A DNA stretch of 64,000 bases from Saccostrea echinata (GCF_033153115.1 NW_026889794.1:6324001-6388000); one strand, 5' to 3'. Positions 37,100-50,636 are shown, numbered from the stretch's first letter. Numbers and translations are program-made. The notes: generated from the letters alone by a model not told the origin.

Positions 37100-37939
37100 T
37101 AGTGTTGTCAGCGAGTACCTGGTTAACCGGGTAACCATCGAACGATGCGAGTATCGTTTAGTAAAACTGCTACTCGGTTACTCGGATATATAAAATTTTA
37201 CATGTTAACATGTTTAAATCAGCAGGAAAAAATGTAATTTTGTTTTTAAATTTCTTTGTTTTATTTACCGTTAATTAAAGATACACCCGACCTAGCGTTT
37301 TACAAATACAATCAATTTGTTTTGATAAGTATTTAACAGTTTAACTAATTGGAGGCTTTCATTGCCAAAGGGTTTACAAGTTTTGAAGGCTTGAGTTAAC
37401 TATAATTACTTCACACAAATCTGTGCTAATCTGTAGTACAAGATTAAAGAGGACGCCGCCATATCCATCAAAATAATATTAAAATCATGACTGAATTTAA
37501 ATCCGTAAGGTTTAAAATATTTGCAATGGATTTAACATATACGGGTGGGACAACAAATATGCTGAACCACCTAAGATTGGAATTTAACTCTGAAACAAGC
37601 GAAATATTATATAGGATATTCCGGAAAACAGCAAGCTATAACGGGATGTTCGAGAAAAAAATTATTTATAAGATATTTAATACTGTGAGTTTGTAATTAA
37701 GAATGAAGTTCATGAGCAGTGCATTTGTGTTTTATATATACCGGTATACAAATGATAAATTTATATAGAAATGGTAACGACGTTACATATACAAAATGTA
37801 TTTCAGGTACCATTGAACATATATACCGCGTAAAAGGATGATTTGAGATCTAAAGAAAAACCATCCGAGTAACTGGTTACTCGATCGGAAAAGTAAGCGA
37901 TTAACCGGTTACTAAAACTCGTCCGATTTGACAACACTA
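37100..37939 (+). mobile_element. Deleted hAT element with a BED-finger remnant
   Basis: TIR TAGTGTTGTCA, 8-bp TSD ATTTTTAG (37092 and 37940), and remnant LTYTGGTTNMLNHL. Confidence 0.88.
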
Positions 37940-38289
37940 ATTTTTAGGCAATATCAACATTTCGGTTCTCTTTTAATGTGTTTTCAGCATTATTAAGTAA
38001 TTTTAAAAAAGCCACTTACTAAACAGAAGCTCCAAAGTTGCTGGACATCTTAAATTGTCTTGAATAAGCTATTCGAAACGATTTTCAATATCTGTTTTCA
38101 AATTTCCCGCAAACGAAAGTACATGATTATCTCCCATTCTTTTTGAATAAGCATATTCCAGTTTTTCTTAAGGGATAGAGTTGGTTAATGTTTTTTGGTT
38201 ATTTGAACATTAAAAATAAAGAAAACCACAATGCATTGGTAAATATTTTTTTTAATAACATGTGTATCAATTTGATGAATTAATATTTT

Positions 38290-38593
38290 CTGCGGTGTAT
38301 GTGACGTCACGCAGAATTGTCAATGGCCGCTGGTTGTAAACTAGATGTGAAGAAGTGTGATTAAAATGATAGTGTAGGGTAGTTGAATGGTAAAAAATGT
38401 CAGGAATTAATTAATGGACACTACGGAGTTGATATCTGGTGTCTGATGTTGGTTGGATAGCGAATTAGAGAAAATCAAGAAAACTCGTTGCCATCCTGTC
38501 GCTTCGCTCGCTACGCTCGCGAAGCTCACTGGTAGGATTCATGCCTGTTTATCATTTATTTTCAATTTATTGACAAAATTGCCGACTCCTGTG
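38290..38593 (-). repeat. Right TIR (~300 bp)
   Basis: Reverse complement of 21297-21600. Confidence 0.95.
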
Positions 38594-40194
38594 CTTTATC
38601 TGCTTGTAATTTATGTTTATGTTTTGTTTCTTTTTAAAATTTCTGTAAACATTTACAAATGTCTTATGTTGCTGTTGAATTGCAATTTTGTATTGATCCT
38701 CCCCCAAATACCCCCTTCTGGGTTTCAATATAGTATCAAATGGAAAAACTACATCTCTGTTATACAATAAATAGAAAGAAGAGTATTAAATGATTCATTG
38801 GTGTGAAACCTAATGGCAGCTAGTGTTTGGTTAAGATAAAGATCCCAAGTTTGTGTGTCTTTTTGAACTTTTTTAGCCAATACATCATGCAGAGTTCGAT
38901 GTAACCTTTGTACCTTCCTGTTACCCTGTGGATTAAAATAAGAAGTAGTAATATGACGAATATTCAATTCATTGAGTGTTTCTGCTACCGCCTTATTAAC
39001 ATTTTCAGTACCATTGTCTGTTGATATCTGGGAAAGATTTTGTCCAAAATTATATGTACTATATTGTCATTGGCTTTATCTGAGACACTAAATGCTTCGA
39101 TTCTGGCAACCCCGAGTAAATATCAACCAATGAAACGATGTGCTTGTTTCCAGACAAATTAGTCGGGTATGGACCTGACAAATCAAGTGCGATTTTTGCA
39201 AAAGGATAAGGTGGGATTTGCGCCTCATGCACAGGAGGTTGCCTTTTTCTAGCACCTCTAGTCTGACAAATAACACGTTCTATATAACTGATTTACTTTT
39301 TATATAGAATGGAAATGTAGTTCTTTTGTCGGATAGCATCATAGGTCTTGTCTACAGCCATATGCCCTAAATTGTCATTATATTGTTTTAGAGTAAGTTC
39401 TTCTAACTCTGCTGGGATAAATAATCTCAATTTTGGTGACTCTGAATCCCCATCTGACAAATAATAAAACAATCCATCAATCTCTATAAATTTCTTTTCT
39501 TCAAATTGAGTAGCTTTTCCCCTTTTAAACTTTTCCCTCAATTTCATTATCTGCTCATCTGAATTTTGTAATTGTTGAATATCAGTACCCTCTGGTTATT
39601 CTAAAAATGGTTTTATTAAATCATCAGATACCGACAATTCACAACTAGCAAATTTCTTGGTTCAATTCTATTTGAATTTGAAACATTGAGTTCAAAAGCA
39701 TTGTCATTTACATCTGGTTCATTGTTTTCCCCATTTTCTTCATCATTTCCCTTACAAATTGTAGACGGAAGCCTGGAAAGTACATCTGCACAACAATTAT
39801 ATATACCCTAAATGTACTCTACATTACAGTTGTAACCTGCTATGCTTAGTACTCAAAGTTGAATCTTTTTATTTTGCATGGGGGCATCTTATATGTACTT
39901 TAATGGTTTGTGGTCAGTTTTGATAGTAAAAGTGGCATTATGAAAATAATGATCTAACTTTTGTAACGCGTAATGAATAGCAAATGCCTCTTTTTCTATT
40001 GTGGACCACCTACTCTGAGTACTACTCGGCTTATGCGAGAGGTAATATATGGGTTTTTCCTCCCCCTCATTAGTTTGCTGTGTAAGACACGCTCCAATAC
40101 AATTATCACTAGCATCAGTGTAAAGGACACACGGTTTGTTTACATCCGGGTATGCTAACAAAGGTACATTGTTCAACAGTAAAACTTTCCTTAA

Positions 40195-40965
40195 AGGCAG
40201 AGATTTTTTACCGGGTGGTAAATTCCAGGTGAGGGAGGGGCTTATTTTGTACAGGTGTGAATGCCTTGAGGGCTAGCAGTCTACCTGTCGCCGTTTGTCT
40301 CCTAATCCCTATACTCAGGAAGTGATATAATACACAGTAGAGTACCCAAGAAGTCAAACTTTACCTGTGTTGGGATTTTGAGACGATTTTAAATTAGAAG
40401 TAAAAAGTTGTAAATAAAGATTAATCTCAATAATTTTTAATAATTTATATAATTGAATGTGTGTCAAAGCGTCCCCATCCATTAAAAAATATTATTTGTT
40501 GAGCTTTGAAAAAAAGTTATACCAAATTTTGATATACACCTTGTATATTATCGTAAAGAATATCANNNNNNNNNNNNNNNNNNNNNNNNNNNNNNNNNNN
40601 NNNNNNNNNNNNNNNNNNNNNNNNNNNNNNNNNNNNNNNNNNNNNNNNNNNNNNNNNNNNNNNNNNNNNNNNNNNNNNNNNNNNNNNNNNNNNNNNNNNN
40701 NNNNNNNNNNNNNNNNNNNNNNNNNNNNNNNNNNCCATAGTAATACAGCTTCTCTATTGTTTATACCATGTATGGTAAATATCAAAGGATCAGAAGTTAA
40801 TTTGAAGGTCACCACAAATGCCAAACAATGTGTAAAGGGTATACACAGGGACTTGTAAGTAAATGTCAATCAAGTTCTAGCACCCAATGATGTACCTTAA
40901 TGCACTTGATTGACAGGGGTACACAGACCAGGTATTTTCGAAGGCGGTGCTTAAAATCTCTGCCT
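40195..40965. mobile_element. Kolobok-like non-autonomous element in the Gypsy pol (spans a gap)
   Basis: TTAA|AGGCAGAGATTTT ... AAAATCTCTGCCT|TTAA. Removal restores DFLKES. Confidence 0.8.
40566..40734. other. Assembly gap (169 N)
   Basis: Run of N. Confidence 1.
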
Positions 40966-42242
40966 TTAAGGAAATCAGATGCAATTTGACATTGTTCTTC
41001 CCAATTAAACCTTGCGTATTTTCTTACAAGATTTATGAGAGGTTCCGCTATTTTCGAAAAATTGGGAATAAACCGTCGGTAATAGCTACACATGCCAATA
41101 AACCCTCTAACTTCCCTTACTGTAGTTGGCGCTGGTAGTGTTCTAATGGCCTCAATTGTCTTTTCATCAGGTTTCACCCCTCCGGGCCTATAACAAAACT
41201 TAAGTATTCTGTTTCTTCCTGGAAAAATTTGCATTTTTCAATTTTAATTTGAGACCATGCTGCCGATTTCTCCGAAAAACCTCCTCTATATGGTTTTGAT
41301 GTTCTTCAGATGTTTTCGAATAAATAAGAACATCGTCGAGAAAAGCAGAGGCAAATTTTTCGCATCCTTGTAAAACAATGTTCATAAGCTCTTGAAACAC
41401 TACAAGTGCATTACTTAAACCAGAAGGCATTCTGTTAAAATTAAATACACCTTTATGACATGCAAATGCAGTTTTTCTTTCTTCATCTAATTGAACTTGC
41501 CAATATCAGCTTTTAAGATCTAGTGTAGTAAAATGTTAAGATTTATCCAATAAACTCAGGATATCATCTATTAGCGGAAGTGGGTAGGATGCTGGTCTTA
41601 CAATTTTATTTAATTACCGAAAATCTACACACATTCTTTGCGTTCTGTCTTTCTTTCTAACTACTACTAAAGGGAAAGACCACTGCGATTGTGGTCTTTG
41701 TATTATTTTTGCATCAAGCATTTCATCAATTGCTTTATCAATAGTTTGTCTTTTGTTTAGCAGAGTTCTGTAAGGTCTGTTTTTAATTGGGGGTGGTCAT
41801 CAGTTTCTATTTTCATTGTTACAGTTTTAGTGTGCCCTAACTCACTATCCTTTTTAGCAAACAGATCTTTGTTACGTTGTACAATTTGCCTTGTATAAGA
41901 TTTATATTTCTCGGGCGCATCTACTTCGTTCATATCTAATGTACTGTTTGTTATCTCCCCCGCTGTTTTAATTGCATTAATCTCGCTTTTGTTAACAGAT
42001 GGAACACTACCTATAGCGCTCCCGGGCTTCAATTGATACGCGCGGTTAGACTGATTTATGATCATGATTGGTACCTTACGCGTATTTCTTATTACACCCA
42101 CTGATTCTTTTAATATTAAACCGGGTTCCTCATTAAGACAATCATGTAGATTTTTAATCTCTATCAACCCTCCATATTTTCTTGGAAAGACGGAGTTTAA
42201 TTTTCCGTAACATACAACTGCCGTTTGCGGTTTCATTAAAAC

Positions 42243-42888
42243 TGTAACGTGTTTGGGTCCGTGAATTTGGGTAGATCCTTAATCAAGTCAATTAATTAAA
42301 CAAATGATTAGAAATGATAAGTGACAAAGGATGTGAAAATAAACGAGTCAGTATATACATATAATTAATATTAGGATTTCCTATCCTTAACATAAAGCAT
42401 ACATCTATCTTTAAACAATTATTGGTATGGGTCTCGCACAGGTCTGTATTCTGTATACTATCAGTACCAGGACAGGTACGGGTCTCAAATCCGGGATAGA
42501 TCCTGTATTCAGACAGGTCTGTGTCCTGCATGAATAAGTACCAGGACAGGTACGGATCTTCGATGTCTCTGTCCTGTACACAGACAGATCTTAATAAAAT
42601 TCGAGGAAAAGTAATTACAACTTTATTAACCTGAATAAGGTAAACCCAGCATACTAGACACCGTATACTGTATTAATTACAAGCCGTATTAACCTCCGCC
42701 GTACCTCACTATTGTGCCTTCGACGACGGTCTATACTGCGCTCCGACTGGCAACTGCCAGCTTTCTGCTGAACGCTCATATATATACTGATGTATACCCG
42801 GACTAACCTTGGCCGCTATCGTATCACATTACGATAACGTCCGGCTGACGTAATGTATAAAGACACCCTGAGCCCGATCTCTGTCACA
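42243..42888 (-). mobile_element. Solo LTR of a third LTR family
   Basis: TGTAAC...GTCACA with a 4-bp TSD AAAC. Minus-strand TATA (~42780) and AATAAA (~42625). Removal restores VRINKKVLMKPQT in the host Gypsy frame. Confidence 0.85.
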
Positions 42889-44139
42889 AAACCTTCTTAT
42901 TTATTCTCACTAAAGATGAGATATGGAGATCTTCTTCTAATTTTATATATGTTTTTCCAACTCTCAAACACCCTAAATCAAAATATATTCTGACCCCATT
43001 CGCTTTTAACCAATTTTATCTCGTTCTGGAATGACACAACGTAACATAAAAATTTATGATTCATGCCTAACCCATTCATAGAAAATGCTAAGTCTACTCT
43101 ACCTATCACTGAAAGTGATCCACCATTTGCAGCCTATAGCTATAATTTTTCTTTTTTATTTAGAGATGGTTTGACCAATAAATTATTATACATTTTTCTA
43201 CTAATTAGTGAAACTTCAGTCCCAGTGTCTACTAATGCCCTTTATCTCATTTTCCCCAGTTTCATAGTATACAAGAACTTGGATTTCCAGTTAAACAAAT
43301 TTTATATACATTTTTCCTACCACAATTTTATCCCCCTCTCCATCGGCTTCAACATGAAGAGAGTGTCTTAGTTTTCCTGCTGGGTCGGGTTTTTCTTTTT
43401 GAGGAGTAATATACGGGCCTGTGTCTAAACGACAGACCAAAACGGCTAGAATATCTCTGAGGACAATGTCTGCAAATATGACCATAATTTTCACAATGCC
43501 AACACTGTAAGTTGTATTCCCCCCCCCCCCCCCCCTGTTTGGTGTTTTTGAAATGTCATTTACGCGTGACCTGTTCCTTTGATTTCCCATATTTTTTCTG
43601 TTCGTAAAAACTTGTGCATGACAGAATTTTGCTCTGTGACCTACTTTACCACAGTGCTGATTGTGGAAGTGATGGAAGTGATCTACTTCCATAGGTTCAA
43701 TTTCACGAGATGGGACTTCTGGAAAATGTGGAGTTTCAAATAAATTTGGAACTGACTTATTTATCAAAGGCTGATGCGACAAGGAGTTATTAAGTGTGTC
43801 ATTTGTTCTTAATGCCAAACGTTTACGCAGATTTTGTTCATGCATTACCATTTGAACTGCGTTTTCCAAAGTTTTTGGATTTCCCCGTAATAATTTCATT
43901 CTCACAAAATCAAACAACAAACCATCACAAAATATGTCAACCAGCTGATTCTGAACAATCTGATTTTCCAAACTTTCAGGGAAATATGCATCTTCCGCTA
44001 CCTGTAAAAGCCTTTCGGCAAATACTTGCACACTCTCACCGGAAGTTCACTTGTCTTATTTTTCTCATAATTGCTTATACGTGTTGAGGGTCAGTAATTT
44101 CTGCAAATCGAATTTTTAAAAGATGTTTTAAGTCATGCA

Positions 44140-45640
44140 AACAAGGTAAAATAAATTCATGAAAATCCATCAACATTTTATAAAGAACAAATAAAACAAA
44201 TGTACAAAATTTCTAATTTATAAGATACTTAAATAACTTTCGGTGAAAGTTTAAACATCCTATGTCTATTGACCTGGAGCAGCATCGCTACGTTATTTTA
44301 ACGTTACGTCAGCCGGAGATGTTTTCTCATGAGAAACGATCGGGAAACTTTTACTCTTCCTTCTCTGTTATCACATATACCATTCCAAAAATCAAACTGT
44401 CTCTTTTCTTAAACGATTCTTAAAAATATAACAAGCATTCTGAGAGTATTGCATTTGCAATACTAGTCCCCTACCGGCAAGTGTAATCTGGTTCCCGTTA
44501 AGAATTGAAAATGCCATAATTCCGTCAAAAATCAATGAAGTGGGACGAAATGCAAACTTGATCTATAACTAATCAAGGTAAAGTCACATACCAAAAATCA
44601 GCTCAACATCTGAAAGCGTTAAGAAGAAAATTGCTGAAAACCCCTAAAAATTGAAAAGGCCGTAATTCCGTCAAAAATCAATGAAGCAGAACGAAATGCA
44701 AACTTGATCTTTAACTCATCAAGATACACTCACCTACCAAAAATCAGCTCAATATCTGCAAGCGTTTAGGACGAAAGTGCGGAAAACCAAGTGGGACAGA
44801 CTGACAGACAGACAGAGGGACAGACAGACAGACAGACGGACAGACAGACAGACAGACAGACGGACAGACTCAGAGGAAACCTATAGTCCCCTCAGGTTTC
44901 ACCGGTAGGGGACTAGTAAAATAAAACGTGTGTTGTAGCTACCCCATGCAGTGTAAAATGCACATGAAGTGTCATATGCAGATTGACTGAGCATCATGCA
45001 GTACCTATTTATGGAACGCTGGTCAACGTTATTTAGTCCGTAATAATTGGTGGTCGTCCGGAGCTTTTGTTTTTACTCTGGTTGAATTATTTGTAAGAAA
45101 AATATATACACATGAAAACACAAACCCTTAGATATGTTTTATCGCATTGTTATTGTTTTAGCAGGTCTGTTAGTTTGGACAAGAGTTCTCAAATTTTAGG
45201 TACAGTGTATGCTCGCTGCGCCGCCTTGACGTCAAAATTCTTTTTGTCGTCGTTATCAGATATCTATACCGAGCTTAATTTTTTTATGATCTCCGTATTT
45301 CAGATCGAAATTCTATACAAACTTGCACAAAATGAAGTCAAAATTAACTTTAAAAATTATATACATAATTTGAATTATTTTCACTCTTACTATAGGTCCA
45401 TCGGGAGTTTTAACGTTGCTGTTACATATTTTCAATATCTGATTTCGTGACTGCGCCGAGAACCCCAACCAGTGACACATTTATGTACCATTGAAAGAAA
45501 AAATAGAATATTTGTAAAATATTTCTTGCTTTTATTCATTCTTTGCGTTTGTCAAACGTATATGCAAATTTTTCCCAAAGGACGTTCATTAGAAAGAAGA
45601 ATATACACAATGTCTCAATAATTTCCGAACAACCCTCGTA
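44140..45640. mobile_element. Mariner-related non-autonomous remnant with one TIR
   Basis: Ends ...CCGAACAACCCTCGTA, resembling the TIR end at 5425-5440. The left TIR was not found. Confidence 0.4.
44430..44920 (+). mobile_element. pearl/CvA-like HINE, family X copy 1
   Basis: AACAAGCATTCTGAGAG...TAGTCCCCTACCGG, two ~146-bp cores, (GACA)n, and a 3' hairpin TAGTCCCCTC...GGGGACTA. Confidence 0.88.
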
Positions 45641-46780
45641 TATTATTAAAAAAAAATAAATTCAATCGCAGTTTTCATTTTTCTTTTTCAATCTCTATGA
45701 TAAAAATTTAATTTAAAAACGATTGATTTTTCGTGACTCGGTCATTGCATAAATTCATTGTACGTACATATATATCCCAGGCCTGTAGGTAGCAATTTCA
45801 GAGGGGGGGGGGGGGCACTATCACCTACCAATAATTCCTTCTTGACAAGCAAAAAAAAAAAAAAAAAAAAGGACATCAGACGTGTTTATTTTATGGGGCA
45901 CAAGCAACATTTAGTGGCTTTTTTATATAGTATTCTGTATATCGGCAAAATTATCCTCCCCCCCCCCCCGGTTCCTACGGCCATGTATCCTGAATATATT
46001 ATTATTATTATTAAAGGATATAACTGCTAATTTAGCCTGTCTATCATATATTTGTTTTCTTGAAAGGATGTCTATATAGAATATAATTTCATAGATCGGG
46101 CGTTTGAACATGGTATGGGGGGGGGGGGGTAATATGTGGCTCGACATGTGGTCTATAATTTTTTTTTTCGGTGGTCTGTAATGATAGCCATTTACTTTTG
46201 CAGTTGCTGTTTTCCGTATATTTTTGATTCATTACCAAGATTTACGATCCGGAAACGTCCAAGTTAAAAATCTCATATGCAATATGTATATGATTTTATG
46301 ATTATTTTATCGTCTTCTGTACTTATTATCGCCTATCTATTTGTAGTTGTGTTAGAAATTGCACATGGAGAAACGAAACGTTATTTTGAATATATGAAAA
46401 TTATGAGTAAAATGTTTTAACTGGCTTTGAACTATATGAATGTCTTAGTTGTTGTTATGTTTCAATGTAATTTTCATTTCCCATCATATAATCATTACTT
46501 TATGATTTAATTAAAAGGGTTTATAATAGGTACTCCCCAACATGGGAGTGAATAAGATATGAAAGCGAAATATTTTTATTGTTGCGGATGTGAATTATAG
46601 GGCCAAAATTCATAAATAAAAACCAGTCTATTCAAAGAAATTGCTATACATATGCTGCAGTCTAATTGACGCAAGGATATTTTTTCTACACTTCGCATTT
46701 ATTGCGTTGTCCGTCATCGTGATGTGCAGCAAAGTCTGCAAAAATCATGGGCATGATCCAAGTTATTATTACATGGAAAG

Positions 46781-47863
46781 GTTATTATACCCCCGCTCCG
46801 AAGGAGAGGGGGGTATACTGTTTTACCCTTGTGTGTCTGTCTGTCTGTCTGTCTGTCCGTAACAAATTTTGGTCACAGTTTTCTCAGGAACTACTCATTG
46901 CAGATGCTTGAAATTTTAGCACAATCTTTGTTTAGGCATGCCATATGGTGGGATTCATTTTTGTACGAATCCGATGTCAACTTCCTGTTTATCCGTGCGT
47001 CTGTCCGTTCCATACATAAAAAATTTTGGTCGTGGTTTTCTCAGCAACTACTCATCGCAGATGCTTGATATTTTAGCACAATCTTTGTTTAGGCATGCCA
47101 TATGGTGGGATTCATTTTTGTACTAATCCGATGTCAACTTCCTGTTTATCCGTGCGTCTGTCCGTACCACACATAACAAACTTTGGTCGTGGTTTTCTCA
47201 GCAACTACTCATCGCAGATGCTTGAAATTTTAGCACAATCTTTCTTTAGGCAAGCCATATGGTGGGATTCATTTTTGTACAAATCCGATGTCAACCTCCT
47301 GTTTATCCTTGCGTCTGTCCGTACCACACATAACAAACTTTGGTCGCAATTTTCTCAGCAACTACTCATCACAGGTGCTTGAAATTTTAACACACTCTTT
47401 GTTTAGGCATGCCATATGGTGGGATTCAATTTTGTACAAATCCGATGTTAACTTCCTGTTTATCCGTGCGTCTGTCTGTATTATACATAACAAATTTTGG
47501 TTGTAGTTTTCTCAGCAACTACTCATTGCAGATGCTTGAAATTTTAGCACAATCTTTGTTAAGCCTTGCCATATAATGGGATTCATTTTTGGAACAAATC
47601 CGATGTCAACTTCCTGTTTATCCATGCGTCTGTCCGTACCATACGTAGCAAATTTTAGTTGTAGTTTTCTCAGCAACTACTCATCGCAGATGCTTGAAAT
47701 TTTAGCACAATCTTTGTTTAGGCATGCCATATGTTGGTATTCAGTTTTTACAAATCCGATTTCAATTTCCTGATTATCACTGTGTTTGTCCATAACCGAA
47801 CTTGTGTATTCACATCAGAGCGGGGGTATTATTAGTGAGCATTGGCTCACAGACTTCTTGTTC
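46781..47863 (-). mobile_element. HINE with about six ~158-bp core repeats
   Basis: Hairpin TATACCCCCGCTCCGAAGGAGAGGGGGGTATA, (TCTG)n, repeated CAACTACTCATCGCAGATGCTTGAAATTTTAGCAC units, and end GCGGGGGTAT...CTTCTTGTT. Confidence 0.88.
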
Positions 47864-48049
47864 TTTTTGTCATCTGAAATCTCTTTTCATATCTTTTGGG
47901 TATATAAAAAAAAATTTCCATTGATGATATAAAATATTTATTATAATTAGTGAATTTTATTTCGATTAAGTATAATTATGTCTCATTGATAAGTACATGT
48001 ATGAAAGTAATAAATCATTCAAATCTGGTCTTCTTGCACGTACACCACC

Positions 48050-50220
48050 ATGCCACCATAAATTGAGTGCCCTTGCTGCATTATAGTCCATTGGTTCCGG
48101 ACCTTGAATGGATATAGCCATTAGGAAATTCAACATGTCTGGATTAAGCCTGGCACGCTATTCTGATTTGATCCTTGCCATTGCTGAGAAGCCACGCTCA
48201 CAAATAGTAGAAGACACAGGGATACATAAGATAATCTCTGCCAATATCAGGATATTTTTCAGGGTTTTCTTTTGATTGGGGTTTGTGAAGAGCCTGTGGT
48301 AAAAGTCCTAGACACTGGAGTTGTTTCCATCTTTCCTCATTCGGGTCTTAAGGGCTGCCCACTCAGTCTGCTTTAGATGGTCAACATCACAATTAAGCCT
48401 ACTTAACACATCTGCATAAAATTCACAGAGAGCTTCCAGTTGATTTTCGCCATATGTAGCTACTTCAGCATCAGTGGCTGGCAAGTTTACAGGGTAAAAT
48501 GTCTGCATATCCCTCATAAGGTGATTTGTGTCTATGTCACCTATCCTCTTGTTGATGTGATTCATGACTGACTCTATGAGTATGTTTTGTTTTCTTTTGA
48601 ATTGCTCAATTGTTAATGTTGGTGGCTTAAGTTTGATTTCTTGAAATTTATACTCATCATTTTAGTGAGTGACACAGTCAAGAAAGTTCTGCAGGCTTTT
48701 ACCAGGCCTTTGTTGAAATGCTATAAGCTGGAGACAAGTTGTTTTAAGAGCCTCACTAGCATCAGGTAAGCAACGATCATCTTTTTGAAATTGAAGGGAA
48801 AGCTCACTAAGAACTGGAAGCACCTCTTTCAGGAAATGCATATAGAAGAGAAGATCATACTCCTTTAAATGTTTAAGTATTAGTTTTGCCCTACTTTGTA
48901 CATCAACAGTGCCCGTTTTCCCCTCCACTGTATATTCAAAGTGAGTGATGAATACTTGGTACTGCTTCAATAGAACATCCAAACAACCACTTAGATGAGG
49001 CATCCACCGTCTGCCTTGCAGGTTCACAGGCTTAATTATTTTTGTTCCATTGCATCTGATACCAATTTTAGCTCCCTCAAAGCCTTTGGACTGTAATTTC
49101 AATGTTTGTGAAGATTTAGGAGAACAGATTTCAGATCACTGAAAATTTTAGCATCAGTCTCTTTCTTTCATTGCATCAAGTGCCCCCTAGTTCTAACCGA
49201 TGACAAACACAATGCATTGTGACTAGATGTGGGACTTCATTTTTCAGAAGAGCTGCCACACGGTTTTTTCTTCCGATATTCACATTTGCCCCATCTGACC
49301 CAGTTGCAAAAGGCTTCTCTTTCCAGTTCCAATCCTCTTGTATACCATCCATGGATTTTTCAATTGCCTCTAACACACCTGTAGCATGGGTATGTTTAAC
49401 ATCTTGAATTTTGACAAACAAACTTTTAGCTATTCCATTGTCAACAAACCTAGCATAAACAATTTCATTTTCACATATCGAAACATCGGTGGCTCCATCA
49501 AATATTATGGATAAAACTCGTGCATTTGACAAAAATCTTAATGTTTCTTGCATTATGTCTTTGTGTATGAACTGCATAAATCTACTACATGCTTTATTTG
49601 ATCTATAGCTTAATGGAAATTAAATACCATCCTTCAACTGAAGTTGAATCAAATCAGGATATAATGAAAATGCTAATTTTTTTTTTTAGCAATGAAGTAT
49701 GCGGTGTCAAAGCAAAAAATTATTTGGACCCTTCGTTCTTGGTTAATTTTATAATAGAAATGTCTAAAGACCCAACAACACCAGGCGCACAAGCACCTGA
49801 ACCACTGGCAGTCTCTTGATTTTCATGCGAAGCTGTACGTTTACCTCTAGTCTAAACCTCACCTTTGTATGAACAGAAAACTGTGGACGATGTTTCTCTC
49901 ATTTGTTCTATTCTAAATCTCTTGTATGCTTCTATGTGTGAGCTGCTCAAGCCATGCTGTTTTACAGACTCAATTCGAAAATTACTTTTGCCCTCTACAA
50001 ATCTCCCTTCTTTTCCGTACTTTTTACAGGCCATACAATACATTACATTATCACTCTCTTCATATTTTACCCAAGGAAATTCTTCCATCCATTTTATATA
50101 AAAAGATCTTGATCTTTTTTCTTTTCCGTATTTTTGTTGTGTTTCTTCTCTGCCTTTTCTTTTTTTTGTCTTCGTTTTTCTGCGCGGATGGCTAGAACCC
50201 GTATTTATTTCCCGCACTTA
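48050..50220 (-). pseudogene. hAT transposase (ZNF862-like, TTF-type zinc finger), decayed
   Basis: W...FPWV.Y...MYCMACK...F..G..NFR...VKQH..S..H; IIFDGATD; GSDGANVN; HCVCHRLEL (CxxH); RW motif; dimerisation domain IPVSSTICERGFSAM at ~48180-48230. Termini not found. Confidence 0.85.
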
Positions 50221-50591
50221 TGTCAACATCATTTTACTAAATTTCCTCAATTCTGATGGAATTCCGTCAACTGTGAGATACTTTTTACTTTAGAAAACAT
50301 ACAACACTAGCTTGCCTATCTGAGATTTTTATACACAGAGAGCATCTGATACTATTGCATGAAATATATAAATTTGGTGGATAGGCAAGCTTGTGCTCTG
50401 TGTTTTCTGAAACAAAATGAGCTATAAAATTGATGAAAATTTGCATAAATATGAGAAATTTCGGAAATTTACATATTTCGTGACCTTCCCTTGACATTTG
50501 TGTACCCAATAACTTGGAATCAATACTCGATTTGTAAAAAGGGAGACAACAGATTTGTAATGATGAATAATTGCAACGCTCCTGGAGACAC

Positions 50592-50636
<45 letters not shown>

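Larger units (their letters stand above)
21297..38593. mobile_element. P-element-superfamily DNA transposon with ~300-bp TIRs, encoding a P transposase and a PIF1-like helicase
   Basis: Termini CACAGGAGTCGGC...GCCGACTCCTGTG and a 7-bp TSD CTTTATC (21290-21296 and 38594-38600). It interrupts the Gypsy integrase. Both genes lie between the TIRs. Confidence 0.88.
20290..44140 (-). mobile_element. Second Ty3/Gypsy element (canonical gag-PR-RT-RH-INT), decayed, LTRs not found, interrupted by three insertions
   Basis: gag 43291-44130. Protease LVDTGTEVSLI at ~43200-43240. RT 41200-41750 (MPSGLSNA...FLDD). RNase H 39889-40176 (YTDASDNCIGACL...EKEAFAI...TDHKPL). Integrase 38600-39550 (TSYFNPQGN..VQRLHRTL). 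Integrase C-terminus GKLDKKWVPYYRIVEQ at 20829-21296. Confidence 0.88.

Noticed and set aside
20829-38770. Two ORFs sharing the N-terminus MDSELEKIKKTRCHPVASL...
   Set aside because: Both are outward reads through the two TIRs. Only the part beyond the left TIR is real (Gypsy integrase C-terminus).
40457-40869. ORFs spanning N runs (also 21883..22113)
   Set aside because: Artefacts of assembly gaps.
45778-45990. Small hAT-like MITE (CAGGCCTGTAGG...CCTACGGCCATG; a similar one at ~62694-62890)
   Set aside because: TIRs are imperfect and I could not find a TSD, so it is not reported as a feature.
46829-47773. Cluster of similar short ORFs
   Set aside because: Translations of the ~158-bp HINE core repeats.
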